Shown piece by piece: positions 44,693-57,445 of a stretch of 64,000 nt of DNA (its first letter is position 1; every line of letters starts with the position of its first letter). Source of the stretch: a virus; the IMG/VR virus record IMGVR_UViG_3300045988_035499. The stretch is one strand, 5' to 3'. Made by a program: the position numbers and the translations under genes. Under the pieces are notes generated by a model. That model saw nothing but the letters and a program-made list of their open reading frames with translations, made no database searches and was not told the origin of the DNA.

Positions 44693-47167
44693 TTATGTTG
44701 CCGCATGTTGTGTTACTGTAAAACTAAATGTTTGTGGAGAGTTTTCATAAACTTCACATCCGGTTATTTCAACTGATGGTATGTATTGATCTATAGCTAC
44801 TGTAGCACTTCTAGACGTTCCTGTATTTTCTGAGAAAATGAAATATAGTCTACCATATGGATCTTCAGATTCAAATCTTGAAACAAACCAGGTAGATGAC
44901 TACCTTAACCTATATGGACATGAATATCTACCTATATATCTATCAGCACTAACATTACCAGTTCTATCTACTAATGTATAACCTTGCTCTATCATTTTAT
45001 CTGAATCTATATTAATCTCTACATACAATAAGAATAATTGTGATCCTTTAGTTTTATCACTAGACCCTTCTTTATAAACTATCAAATCTGTACCATTCCA
45101 CAAAGTATCAGAACTTGAAGTCTTTTGTAACTTATATGTACCAACTCTATAATCAGTATCTCCAACTTGCATGAAGTCTATTTTGAACACCTTATTACTA
45201 TCTACCTAAGTTGCAGTAAATGTACCGTACGTTGTAGTTAAACTAGTAGGAAGTTGCAGTACAATCATCCATTTTGTTTTATCAGCGCTGATACTACCTA
45301 TAGTACAATTGTGTTCAGAAGGATATTCTACTACATATTCTACGTTAACTCCTACCTAAGTCTCATCCACAATTACACCATTTAATGATCGTTGTTTATA
45401 ACTATACATAGTATAAGTAGTATCTAAACCGAAATCACTACGTCCAGTAGTTACTTTTGTAGGTTTATTTTTAGATGACTCTACTGGCTCGAACGTATAC
45501 GTCCATTCATTAGATACCTGTTGATTTACTGTTATGGTAGCAGTCTTACTAGACCCTGCTTGTGTCAATGTAATAATACCAGTTCTATTTGTGCTAGTAT
45601 AATTAGAACTTGCAGTAAGTTTAACATTAGAATTCTCCTTAATAGCAGTAAGCCAATCTGCAGATATGTTTGTAATGCTCCAGTCCTAAGTTGTACTATT
45701 CTTAGTGGATACTACACTTACTGTTACATTACCTCCAGATGCAGATATAGTCTTAGTAGTACTAGTAGATCCATCTACAGTGAATACATAAGCATCCGCT
45801 GCTTTACCAGACTATGTAACGTTAATAGTCAACGTATTATTACTTCCACTCTGAGTAATCACTATACTACCACTTCTACTAGAAGTAGATGTATTTTCTG
45901 AGAATCCAGTAACCAATACCATATCACTATCTATCTCTATAGAAGTAATCCAGCTAGGTTTAGTATAAGTATAACTTACTGCTTCTTGACCACTTGAAGT
46001 AATCTTATAGGATTCAACACCACCAGATATAAGGTTTACATTAGAAGAATATTTAGCAGGTATAGTACCACTCTTAGTAGTTGTTGTACCATCTGTGAAC
46101 TATAATACATATTGATCTGCAGGTTTACCGCTCTGCGTAATATTGATTCTAATAGTGCTTTCAGAATCATACTGTCTATACTCAATAAAGTCTGTTCTAG
46201 ATGCAGAACTAGTATTGGCACTAACCGTAACAGTAATATTCTGACTACCACTACCAGTCTATGTAGGAGTCATGAAACCACTAGATGTAGTCAATCTAAA
46301 TCCGTGGTCTACTCCATTTCTAGTAGAAGAAACATAATAAGTTAAAGTACCACCATCACTACCTATTGTATCATTAACGACAGTCTCTCCGGCAATATTA
46401 AATCTCCAATCAATGTACTCTTTTGCACCCTATATTACAGATATACTTACCATTTTGTTTGAGTTAGTCTGAGTAAAGGTAGCAGTAGTAGTTCTTTCAG
46501 CTCCAACATTGGCTGTAGCAGTAAATTGTCTGTTAACAGAATCCCACGTAAGCCAAGATGGAAGAGTGCTAGTTAGAGTGTATGCTATATTGGTTGTAGT
46601 ACCATTAGTAGTTACAGTTGATACAAAAGCGAATGATGTACTACTGCCTCCATCACTAGTAAATACAGCACTAGATGAAGTTCCTCCATCTACTGTAAAA
46701 GTATAAGTTTGACTAACTGCAGCTTGTGTTACTGACGCTGTAACGGTTTTACCAGACTCTGCCTATGTAAATGTAGCAGTAAATATTCTCTATGAACCAA
46801 GATTATTAGCCACATTAAATGTTCTAGTGCTACTATTCCATGTAAGCCACGAAGGCAATGTACTAGTTAATGAATACGACACATTGCTCTAAACCCCATT
46901 TACTATCTTATAAGAAGTAAAATCAACAGCAGAAGTATTACCTCCTGCAGCACCTATACTCTTACTGTTATTTGCAACAGTAAAAGTATAAGCAGATGCA
47001 GATATATCTTCTAACTTAACAGCCTCATTATCACCATAAGAACTTTCGTTAGCTATACTTATATAGCTACTTATGGTTTTAATAATCTTCTTAGGAGGGC
47101 ATTCTGTTCCAGTAGAACCATAAGACGTCTTCGTCTTTATCATTGTATATGTTGCTATTTCTGCCAT
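44693..47167 (-). CDS. BACON-domain repeat protein (824 aa)
   Basis: The frame is continuous from ATG 47167 to TAA 44693 when TAG is read through (every line scanned). It is built of tandem modules of about 90 aa. Each module has GG...S...W(L/I)T... then ...R...I...TQ signatures (e.g. TLPSWLTW, KPSWITSI, SADWLTAI). Confidence 0.65.
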
Positions 47168-47168
47168 A

Positions 47169-50100
47169 TCATTTATTCTTTAAAGTTTCAATTTCGGCTT
47201 TAAGCTTATCTATTTCATCCTTGAGTAGTTTAACACCTTCAATAGCAATTACACTAAGCATTTCGTATTCTACCTTCTTTACCTTAACATATTCAACGCC
47301 CTCCTTAGTATATACTTCAAAGCCCTCTTTGTCTTTTACTTCAGATGCTGGAGTTTCTATATCCTCAACTATTTCAGTAAACCCAAGTTCCTCTATATCT
47401 TGAGCTATAGTACCTATTTGTTCTTTATCATTCATAATGAACGATGCAGTAGGTATAGCACAGATTTGTTCTATAGTATGTTCAAGAGGTTTGACATTCG
47501 TTTTAAGTCTGATATCAGATTCTTTCCAGAAACCATTCGGAGCAAACACCTTATTAGCATATATATTTATATATGCATCAAGATTGTTATCCATAAACTT
47601 AAAGCCATTCGTATTAGCTATCAAGCACATGCCAAATCTATTAGCCCAGTGGAAACCAATACGAGGAGCATATATATCTGCTGTTTGAGTATTATCTACT
47701 AATCCTTGCTCTCTAACTTCCAAACCTCCTGTTCTATAGTAATCTGTGCTAGCATTAGCACCATATACAACTGCATGCCCTTTAACGTCGGCTGTACCAT
47801 TAAAACTTTGACCAAATATAGTTCTTGCAGTCTGTAGCTTTGTGGCAGAGGCAACGTTATCCTCTAACGTAGCAAGGATTCTCCACGCATTCCAACTATT
47901 TGCGCTTGGATTACTAGTTCTCCATCGTGGGTTATAATTTGAGCTACTTTTTCCTACATATCCACATAATTGATATGTAGAATATCCTTCAGCTGCTGAT
48001 CCTGCTCTAACTGTTATACCTGACCACCAATCAGCAGTTGGTGTACCTGTGTTATTATACCATGCGTACACTTCATAGTTTGGGAAAAAATCTGGAAGTC
48101 TTTCCGAATTACTTATACCATGATTCTGTATTCCTTTAGAAGTAATATTCCAAGTGCCGGATGCACCAGTACCAGTTTTGGTAGGAACGTAATTGGTATA
48201 GTTGTATGAATCTAATACATCATAGTCGGTTCCTGCTCTACGGTGTAATATATTGCTATCTCCACTACGAATGAAGGTTACACCAGACTACATACCCAGT
48301 ATGGAATTAACGCCTTCATAAAGCACTAAACCATTACCGTTTATTCCTAGAATACCACTACCAGTAGCTCTATCATTTAGAGTTAAATAACCTGTCATTG
48401 TATCTCCTGCTTTCTTTACGAAAGCAGTTGGATTTATTCCACCAACAGTAGTGGCATTATCTGCATTAGCAGCACTATTTACTTTTTCGTTAGTGTACCA
48501 AGGTCTGTAAGCTTGCACTACATGTTGGGCAGTACCAGTTAACGATGTTTCATAGGTTATAGTAAATTTAGTATTCCATGTAGGAGCAACATAAGAATAT
48601 CCATTATTAACATTCATAACAGATAAGCCTGTATAGTGCCCTGCTGGGACAGCTACCCATAAGTAACCATCTGTATCATAACCAAATCTTACTTCTATAC
48701 TCTTCTATACAGACGTAGTAGCTATTACTTTAGCTGTTGGATTATGCCAATGATTACTACTATAGTTATATCCGCCAACCATTATATCAGTAGCGTGATA
48801 ATCCTAGTATACTCTAATAGTAAATTGTAGCATCCAGGTTTCTTTTGAAAGTATTTTTACCTTATACCATGTACTATTACTATTAGCAGCAGTAGTTCTA
48901 TAATGAGCAAATTGTGAAAATGCATCATACGTAAACCCGCTTAACTTAAGAGAGTTATCAGCAGTACCTGCAGTTGCAGGTTTACCAATACTTACAGTCT
49001 GTGCACTACCTCCAGATGGAGTTACAGTAAAGTTACCAGATGAGCCATTAGCAAAAGTATAAGTAGTATTAGTATTTGTATCTGTCCAAGGTACATTTAC
49101 ATACATTTGTTCATTTGATAACTATACTGGATAGTTCTTCCCATTAGCTGTATAACCTATTTTAACGCCACCTCTAGTACTAGCGGATGCTAATGGCAAT
49201 GTATAAGTAGTGTCCTACGCAGGTATACCCAATGCCGTAATATCAGCTTTGGTGACTGCAATTGGATTACGTACATGACTTAAAGAGTCAGTTGCAAACT
49301 TATAGAATCCAAGAGCTTTACTAGGAGCATCTCCTATAGGATGTACATAGTTATTATAAGTAGCGCCTTTAGTTAGTGTCAAAGTATCACCTACAATACT
49401 ACCTGTAGTAACCGCATTACCTGATCCAGATACAGTAATCTTACTTACTTTACCAGAATTAATACCAGTAATATCATCCTATATTTCAGTAATAGTATTA
49501 TTGATATCTGTAATCTAATTAGGTATAGTAGTATCAAGTTTTACCTTATCTGCAGCAGCCATGACACCAGCAGCACTTGAAGATGCAGCGGGTATCGTTA
49601 CTGTTTTAGCTGTAGGAGTAGAATAGTTAATACCACTCTTAGAGGCTCCTGTGTAGTTAAATACTACATTAGATGCATTCGCTGTTGGACTAGTTACTGT
49701 ACTAACCAAATTAGCTGGTAGACTAGTTAAAGCGTCTCTATTTGCTTTACCCTTGTTTCCAGCATATGCGGTACTAGAAGTCTCTCCTAAAGCTAAACTC
49801 TTACTTATTTCAGTATAACCTGTACCAGACCATCTGTAAGTAAGATTAGTATCTAAAGTAACATATATCTTACCTGTTTCACCTGTAGTAGGGAAAGCAC
49901 TTAAAGTAGGATATTCTAATACATCGTCTACATAAGATGGTAACTGAGAAGATGGAACTAAACCGTTTGAGTCTAATGATGCTAACCCACCGGGTTGACC
50001 TTTAGTATTAATAAAAGCATTTAGATTATTAGTGATACTAGTATCACCAGCTTTTCTATCGGCTATTTCTTGCTGTAAAGCTTCTTCTAAGTCATCTGTA

Positions 50101-51308
50101 GCACCATCGAACTTATTCTCAATCCTAGTAATCTCTGATATACGTTCTTCGATTTCTTTATTGAGTTTAGCAGTTATACTAATGTCTGCATTAGTTCTAT
50201 CATGAATTTCTAAATCTATACGATCATGTAATATATTATCTTCTCGTATACGACTTTCTTCTTCCTTATTTATATTATTCTATAGAGTATCATCAGCTTT
50301 TTCTCTATCGGCTATTTCTTTATCTATCTACTGTTGAAGTAAAGTATCTGCGTCAGTTCTATCCTAGATTTCTTTGTCGATTCTCTCATCAACCCTAGTA
50401 ATCTCGTTAGTTCTGTCTACTATCTCCTTATCAATCTTAGTATCTACTCTTTCAATTTCGCTGATACGATCCGATATCTCTTTATCGACCCTACTATCTA
50501 CTCTTGTTATTTCGTCTTTACGGTCTTGAATTTCCTTATTTAGAGCTTCTCTAAGACTTTCTAATTCATTAGGAATAGTAACATCTAACTTATACTTATC
50601 TTCTTTACTCATGATACCATCTTGATCTACAGTAGCTTTGGCTAAGAACAGATCTATATAGATGTTATCTCCACTTTTTGTAGTAGTCCATTTGATACAG
50701 GGAGTATTTGTATTAGTAAGATTAATAGCCTCTGTTACTAAATCATATACAGATGTATTAGTGTTGTCCTTAATCTTAATGTTGGTTAAAGCTAAATCAC
50801 CAATATATATATACTTACCATTGTCAGTAAGTACATAATCTCCATCACCAGTAGTTTTAAGTGCTAAAGTATTGTATAAGGTTCTGTTATAGTCTAATTC
50901 TTTACTTACTGTAATACTTTCAAATTCAACAGTAGTAATATTATTAGAGCCTTCTTCCTTAACATAGTTAGGAAATTCTAACTACAATTCACCATTTACT
51001 ATAGAATGCTCTGTAGATACTAACAAACCTTTTCTGCTAGCATTAGGAGTATATATAAGTAGATTGTCTCTTATAGCGTTATATAGTCTACCGTATTCTT
51101 CTGCACTTACTTTTCCATCTGTTACTACAGGATCAAATACATATACAGACATGCCTTTGAACGATGTAATCTTTATCTTACCGTTATGTTCACCTTCCTA
51201 AAAAGGTATCATCTCATTACCAGTAAGATTTACACGTTCTTCAGCTTGACTAATTTTCAAGCCTTTAATTCTTGTTGGTATTATTTGGGTTTTCTACTAA
51301 ATCTTCAT
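47169..51308 (-). CDS. long tail fibre with a C-terminal S74 intramolecular chaperone domain (about 1379 aa)
   Basis: Five track fragments (47169-48071 through 50364-50612) are co-framed. The C-terminus GFWKE-SDIRLKTNV...IGTIAQDIEE...YEMLSVIAIEGVKLL fits the peptidase S74 auto-cleaving chaperone (about 47172-47519). It also has a charged coiled coil and a YVDDVLEY cassette. Ends in TGA at 47169. The start at 51308 is uncertain (alternatives 51365 and 51428). Confidence 0.7.
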
Positions 51309-51681
51309 ATCTCTAAGTTTCTAATAATAATACTCCACCATCTTCCCATAACCAAGGATCTTCATTCTCTTCTAATAAAGCAAGTATAAATGGATCGTCT
51401 ATAATACAAGTAGGCTTACCACAACCATAATCACATGATTGACAGTAAGGTAACAACTTCATAGGTCTATTACTGTACAACTAAGGATGTACTCTAGTAA
51501 TTAACCTAGCTAACATATCTGTATCAGTAGACTTAGTAGCCTACGATGTGCGACTATATTCTAACAAATCTGTCAGCTCATTGTACACAATCGTAGCTAC
51601 TATATCTCTGTTATTTCTGATAATACTATTCTTTATAATAGAATTAGTCTTATCGTTTATGTAATATTTTGGATCGTTCAT
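51265..51681 (-). CDS. small Cys-containing protein with a C-terminal LLLE motif (138 aa), fibre-associated
   Basis: ATG 51681 to TAA 51265 with 3 TAG. Contains CQSCDYGCGKPTC and WLWEDGGVLLLE. It precedes a fibre gene, as 42664-43035 does. Confidence 0.5.
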
Positions 51682-51682
51682 A

Positions 51683-54600
51683 TTATCCTATAGTACCATA
51701 GTTCATTAATTGATTTAAAACCCATGTATTGTGTGAAGAACCAGTATTTTTTACTCCATAACATATATATGCAGATGAATTTGTCAAATTTACAACTCCA
51801 CTAGTCCCTTCAATTGTTGTTTTTATAGAAGCGTCTCCTCTATATGTCTCTGGCATTTCTCTATGAGTTAGTCTGTCACCTGAAGTAGCCATAGTTATCC
51901 TATGACCCATATATGATCTTGTATATACTGGAGTAACAAATAGTATAGTTTTACCATATCCTTCTGGAATATCTGGCAAATTCAGATATCCATACATTCC
52001 TTGAGAGTCTAATTGTGATACATTTTGCTCAAAAGAACTTTCGAGCGTAAGATTACCGTCACTATCCCACGTTATTCCACCATTAGCTAATGAACCACTG
52101 CCATCCTTTTTTACTTGTATGGGAGTACTAACTGAAACTTGAGTACCAGTCTCCATTATATCTAAAGACATACCTGCCTCACTAATTCCAAATCTAGTAT
52201 TACCAAGATAGGTAAGAATTCCAGCTCTAGTTAACTTAACAGAATTATTACCATTTTTTACTTCAATAGATGTATCTGCACCATTAGCTGCTAAATGTAC
52301 ACCGCCAGCTCCAAAGTAAGCTTCGCCATTGGCGAAGTCTAATAAAAAGTTAGGTCTGAACTCATTAGATGTATTCATAGGATCATCTGTATTTATAAGC
52401 TGATACTAACTACTATTCTCATTACTAGCATTCTTACCTCTCTGTGAGAACATCAGATTGTTGTTGAATACAGCTCCACCAACTAAAGCATTTGGAGTAA
52501 TTAATACATTAGCAAATACAGCCTCATAATTTTCTAACTTAGCCCATGCACCAGATGTATCAGTTGCAGGAGATACATTATTCTGTTGTGTACCAATCCA
52601 TGTCATTACAGACTTAAGATAATAGAAATCACCATCACTAGTATCATATACATACGGAGCTTTTTCACCATCGTTAATATATGGAGTAGTAGTACTATAA
52701 ATACCTTGAGGATAGATAATTGGCTGTGAACCTACTGGATCTGGTACTATAATACCTCCCATAGGATTAGGTTTAGACCAAGCAGTCTCCATAGTATCAT
52801 TGATGATTCTACATTGAATAAACCATATATAGTTGTATTCATCTCCATTAACTAATTCTGGTACATCTAATGACCAACCTGTAGGATTTCTCTTCCATTT
52901 CATTGAGTCACTCCATTGTTCTCCAGTATAAGTAGTTTCAGTACCTTTGCAGTATTTTACTTCATAACCTACACCAGGAATACCAGAAGCACCAGTAGAG
53001 CCAGTCATATAATATGGATCAGCCCAATCAGTAAGTAAAGTATTATCCACACCACTAATAGTAGCAAATGTAGCCCATAAAACTGGTCCATCACTTAATA
53101 CAGGAGCAGTAGAACTCCAACCAGTTGGATACCTATCTGATTTATTTAAGCTAGGAGGAGTAGACCAACTATTGTTTCTAGCGAATCTATACTCAGTATA
53201 ATTACCATCTGCACCTTGAACAGTACCAACGTTTACCCAAGTCTCTCCATTCCATACCCACAAATAACCATCAATTACATAAGCATCTCCTATTTCATTA
53301 CCAGTCATTGGTAAATCATCGGTAGATTCTAGAGTACCTTTAATAACAATTCCTTGTCCAGTTACTTTGATAACAGCTCCCCATTCGATAACAGTTGCTG
53401 TTTCACCTTGTACTAATGCGGTAGATTTCCACCATGTTCCAGTACTCATATCAGGTACATTTACCCAACCATTACCTGGAGCATAAGGGTCACTACTAGT
53501 AGGTTTATCAGGTTTGGTAGTAGCTTGTTTAAAAGCGTCTACTTGGTAGTTAAAGTTATTACCATCTAAACCAGGTACACCTGTAATCAAATAAGGACCT
53601 TGCCATCCTCTTTCTTCCTCAGGAAGATTCTCATCTATATACAACTTATTATCGTAAGTAACTAAAGCTTGAATGCCCCATATAGCTTGTTTACCAGTAG
53701 CAGTAGGCATACCTACACCCCATATGCTACCTGGATTAATATTCAGTCTATCTGGATCTCTAGGTTTAACATCACTACCAGATGTACGAGTATACATTAC
53801 TCTAATACTCATACCGTCTTGACCGTTATCTCCATATTTGGCCCATAATGCTGGAGAACTAAAATTACCCCATTTGTGAGTATTACCATCGTACTTTCTT
53901 TGACTAACCCACTCATATTGATAAGTTTGACTTACACCACTAGGATCATCTGTCCAAGGTTCTTCTCCTGGATAAGATGACGGTATATACTCATCTACAT
54001 CTGGATTATTATCGGTGATATTATGAGGAGGAGCAGGTAGTTTAGTACGTTGGAATATATATTCTCTACCATCCCCGTCTTTACCATTTACTCCCCATTT
54101 AGACCAAATAGTAGGGCCTTGCCAGTCACTCCACAAACCACTATCTTCTATAGTACGGCTACATACCCATTCGCATTGATATGATTCACTTATACCTGAA
54201 GGTTGATCTGTCCATCCTTCTGGTACATAATCAGTCTGATTAGGATTGTTATCAGGCTTTTCAGGTTTAGTAAGGCTAGTTACAGTAAGTTTATAGATGA
54301 ATTCTATACTAGTACCATCCGCACCATCCTTACCATCTTCTCCAGTAAGTCTAACCGGAGTAGTCCAAGCCTATACTTGAGTCCCATTACTTGAAAAGGC
54401 TGCAGTAGACATCCATACATAACCGTTAGGATTAACATCTGTTCCAACCCAACCAGCTGGATATATTACTATATTGTTAACTGCATCCCAGCTACCTCCT
54501 ACAGGGGTATCAGGTCTAGTTGTAGTAGAAGTAGATTTATAGGCAATTACATTTCTGATAGTATCTCCATCTATTCCAGGAACTCCATCTATACCATCCT

Positions 54601-54907
54601 TACCATCTTTACCGTCTTTACCGTCTTTACCGCTATATCCTGGGTCACCTTTAGAGCCAGCAGGAATACCAAATGTAAAAGTAAACTCATTGTCTTCTAA
54701 TGCTACACTAGCGGTAGGTACACTTGCAGTATACGCTCTATCTACTTTAGCTTTAAACTTAGAGCTATTTATAATAACATCTCCTATCTATTCTAACGGT
54801 ATCTTATAGTTTGCATCTTTCTCAGCAATAACTGCATATTCAGCACCAGTGAACGAGTTTTTGCCTTCTAGATCTAATATCTTTACGCCATCACATTTCT
54901 GTGTCAT
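51683..54907 (-). CDS. collagen-like repeat tail fibre protein (1074 aa)
   Basis: Track ORFs 52406-54136 and 51683-52378 are co-framed. The frame is open to ATG 54907. The collagen-like stretch is GSKGDPGYSGKDGKDGKDGKDGIDGVPGIDG. Trp-rich modules ending in G(K/Q)DG recur. Ends in TAA. Confidence 0.7.
54593..54634 (-). repeat. tandem 9-bp repeat encoding a (GKD)n collagen-like tract
   Basis: The plus strand reads ACCATCCTT ACCATCTTT ACCGTCTTT ACCGTCTTT ACCGCT. Confidence 0.85.
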
Positions 54908-54922
54908 AATTCTTTAATTTTA

Positions 54923-55594
54923 AATTCTACAACAACCATTAATACAACCACTAGAGTACAGAGTAGACGTAGTAGTAATCTTATCTTTTTCTAACTTCAA
55001 ACACTTATTTCCCTCAGTACGTAAGCATTTAGAATCTTGAGTTAGAATACAATTATTACAGCAATTCCTACTACTATTACAATTATTGCTATTACCCTAG
55101 AGTGATATCTCTAACAATCTGCATACATCGATATAAAGCAACATTGCATCTTTGAAATGACCAGATTGTATAGCATACTCCAACAACTGACGCTTAAACA
55201 CTATAAGCATTAAATTCTACATAGTCTCATCATCAAGACATGTAGAACACTTTGTATGCAGCTTTCTAATCTCTGCTGTATATATAATCTCAGGATTGTA
55301 GTATACCCCATAGAAACGAATCTCTTCGTTCTCATTATAGCATTTGAATGTAATATACTTTATATTCCAGTCTAATTCTAGTATCTCTTCATTTGTTACT
55401 ACTACTTCATTATCTTCAATAGTAATCTCCTCAGTAAAGATATAATTATGTTCTGGAATATCATCTAGTATATTCTTCAAATTGCATGCTTCATCGACAT
55501 AGACCTCAACATCGTAGCCAGATAAATCTATATCTGTATCTACCTTGAAACTAAGTCTATTGCCATTTATTTGTACATTTATTAATTTGTCCAT
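54923..55594 (-). CDS. Cys-rich protein of unknown function (223 aa)
   Basis: Track ORF 55217-55633 continues through 2 TAG to TAA 54923. The C-terminal part reads NNCNSSRNCCNNCILTQDSKCLRTEGNKCLK...SGCINGCCRI. The start was set to ATG 55594 because 55633 lies inside the upstream terminator. Confidence 0.55.
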
Positions 55595-55603
55595 ATATAA
55601 ACA

Positions 55604-55644
55604 ATAAAAAAAGTGAAGAGTGGAATATTCCACACTCCACTTTT
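55604..55644 (-). terminator. rho-independent terminator after the 324-aa gene
   Basis: The minus strand reads AAGTGGAGTGTGGAATATTCCACTCTTCACTT, a stem with 2 mismatches, followed by TTTTTTTATTG. Confidence 0.7.
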
Positions 55645-55698
55645 ATAATTTGTAAAAGGAATACTGTATTTTACTAAGTGTTAATCCCTCTATGTATA

Positions 55699-56673
55699 TT
55701 AAGCTATTTCTTTGCCAGCAATAAATGACTGAATACCTTTATCTACAATAGAACCAACTAAACTAGGACAATAAACTTCTGCAGTTAACGGAGTAGTCTT
55801 GATATACTGATTATCATTGCTCAGATACAAGTTATCGTTTTCAATGATAGCGTAATCATATTCTGCATCTTCAACTACTTTACGATCCTGTTCTACGATA
55901 GGATAAGCGCCTGTAAATACATGACCTTTATAACCCATATAAGTTACTTCTGCATCACGTACTTGCTTCCAGTAACCCTTACCAGGAGTACCGTTAGTCT
56001 TAGTGATAACAGCACCTGCAACAGCTGTAGGCTGATTAGCTAACAGAGCACCTGGAATAGTTTCATACAAAGAAGCTTCCATAGAAACTACTGAGTACTG
56101 ATTCAAAGAATATACTCCTTCGTTATCATCCTTAACCATAGCAGTCAAAGTAATTACACCAGCAGCGTTGGTAGCCTGTACTCTGCGATTCTTGTGAGCA
56201 TTAATTTTCTTAACAATTGCTTCTGTCAAGTCATTTGCTACATTGGTATTAGCATATACTTCATAACTGTGAGTGAATTGACCCGGAGCTTCATACATAT
56301 CTTTGTAGACGATACGCAGAACGTAACGGTTACCTGCAACAATAGTAGCAGCACTTAAGTCAATAGTAATTTTTTCCTGAACAGGAGCAACATATTCGCC
56401 AATTACTGCAGACGGTTTAGAAGCTTTCTGAATCTCTGTAGAGAAGTCAACATTAGCTTTCTGAGCTACTGTACCATCGGGCATAGTAACATTGATTTTC
56501 GGACCTGCAACACCTACATACAAAGAAGTAGCTTCTGCAGCATCAGCAGCTGTTTTAATAATGCTCTTATTTTCGTCAAACAAAGCTACGTCACCGTTAG
56601 CCAAAGCATCTACCGTAGTATAAGAAGCAGGACATTGTTTACCGATTAATACGGTATGTACTGAAGTTATCAT
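55699..56673 (-). CDS. abundant-looking virion structural protein (324 aa), function unassigned
   Basis: Uninterrupted ORF with no TAG. It is G+C-richer than its neighbours. It has its own roughly 100-nt upstream spacer and a strong downstream terminator. Confidence 0.6.
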   Translation of the reverse strand: MITSVHTVLIGKQCPASYTTVDALANGDVALFDENKSIIKTAADAAEATSLYVGVAGPKINVTMPDGTVAQKANVDFSTEIQKASKPSAVIGEYVAPVQEKITIDLSAATIVAGNRYVLRIVYKDMYEAPGQFTHSYEVYANTNVANDLTEAIVKKINAHKNRRVQATNAAGVITLTAMVKDDNEGVYSLNQYSVVSMEASLYETIPGALLANQPTAVAGAVITKTNGTPGKGYWKQVRDAEVTYMGYKGHVFTGAYPIVEQDRKVVEDAEYDYAIIENDNLYLSNDNQYIKTTPLTAEVYCPSLVGSIVDKGIQSFIAGKEIA

Positions 56674-56774
56674 ATAATTTTATTAATTTTTAGTTATTAG
56701 ACAATTTGCGCACGTCTAACTATTCGTTCTTCTACTTTCACCTATAGTGATTTCCACGTCAAACGAACGCTTTA

Positions 56775-57443
56775 TTATTCTTTCTAAGTTTCCTTAGATT
56801 TACTACCAGCTATATTAGTTACTAACAACTGTACTGCTAGATCTACTATATCCTGGTGAGTATTTTCTGGCAAATCTGTATACTCTTTAGTAAGATCTTC
56901 AAATTTGCCTAAATCTTTTGCTTTTCTCAAGTAAGTCAACTCGTAACTATTGATACCATATTTACCATCTGTGTACAATATGATAGTATTATCTTGATAC
57001 AGTCTTAATGGTCTTGCTTGATTATAGCGCAATCTATGATCTGATAAGCTATTATTTAACTGAGAACTAATATTCTCTATAGTAGCTTCTAATACATCAG
57101 ATTCATGTACAATTAAATTATTGCACTTATTATCTTTTATAGATATGTAAACATTTTCTCCTAATGCGAATACATAGTCATCAGGGTAATCTGTTTCCCA
57201 TTTCTTACCTGATACTCTAAAGTTACCAGCATTATAAGTCTAAGTCTTTACTAGAGTTCTAATGTTATCACTTAGTTCTTGATTAGCTTGAAATATACGA
57301 AATAACTATTTAGTATATTCATCTTTAGCTTTATTCAGATAATGAAATAAAGTATCTGAAGGATACTTAATAGTTTTATCATAGCTAGGTATGATACTAT
57401 CAAGCTATCTTTCCATATTAATTTGAAATTGTCTCTCAGTCAT
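56775..57443 (-). CDS. head-tail connector-size protein (222 aa), hypothetical
   Basis: ATG 57443 to TAA 56775 in a single frame with 4 TAG. Includes track ORF 56784-57032. Confidence 0.55.
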
Positions 57444-57445
57444 AA

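Noticed and set aside
55595-55633. The upstream start (55633) for the Cys-rich gene
   Set aside because: It would place the start codon inside the terminator hairpin of the preceding gene. The ATG at 55594 lies just downstream of the U-tract.
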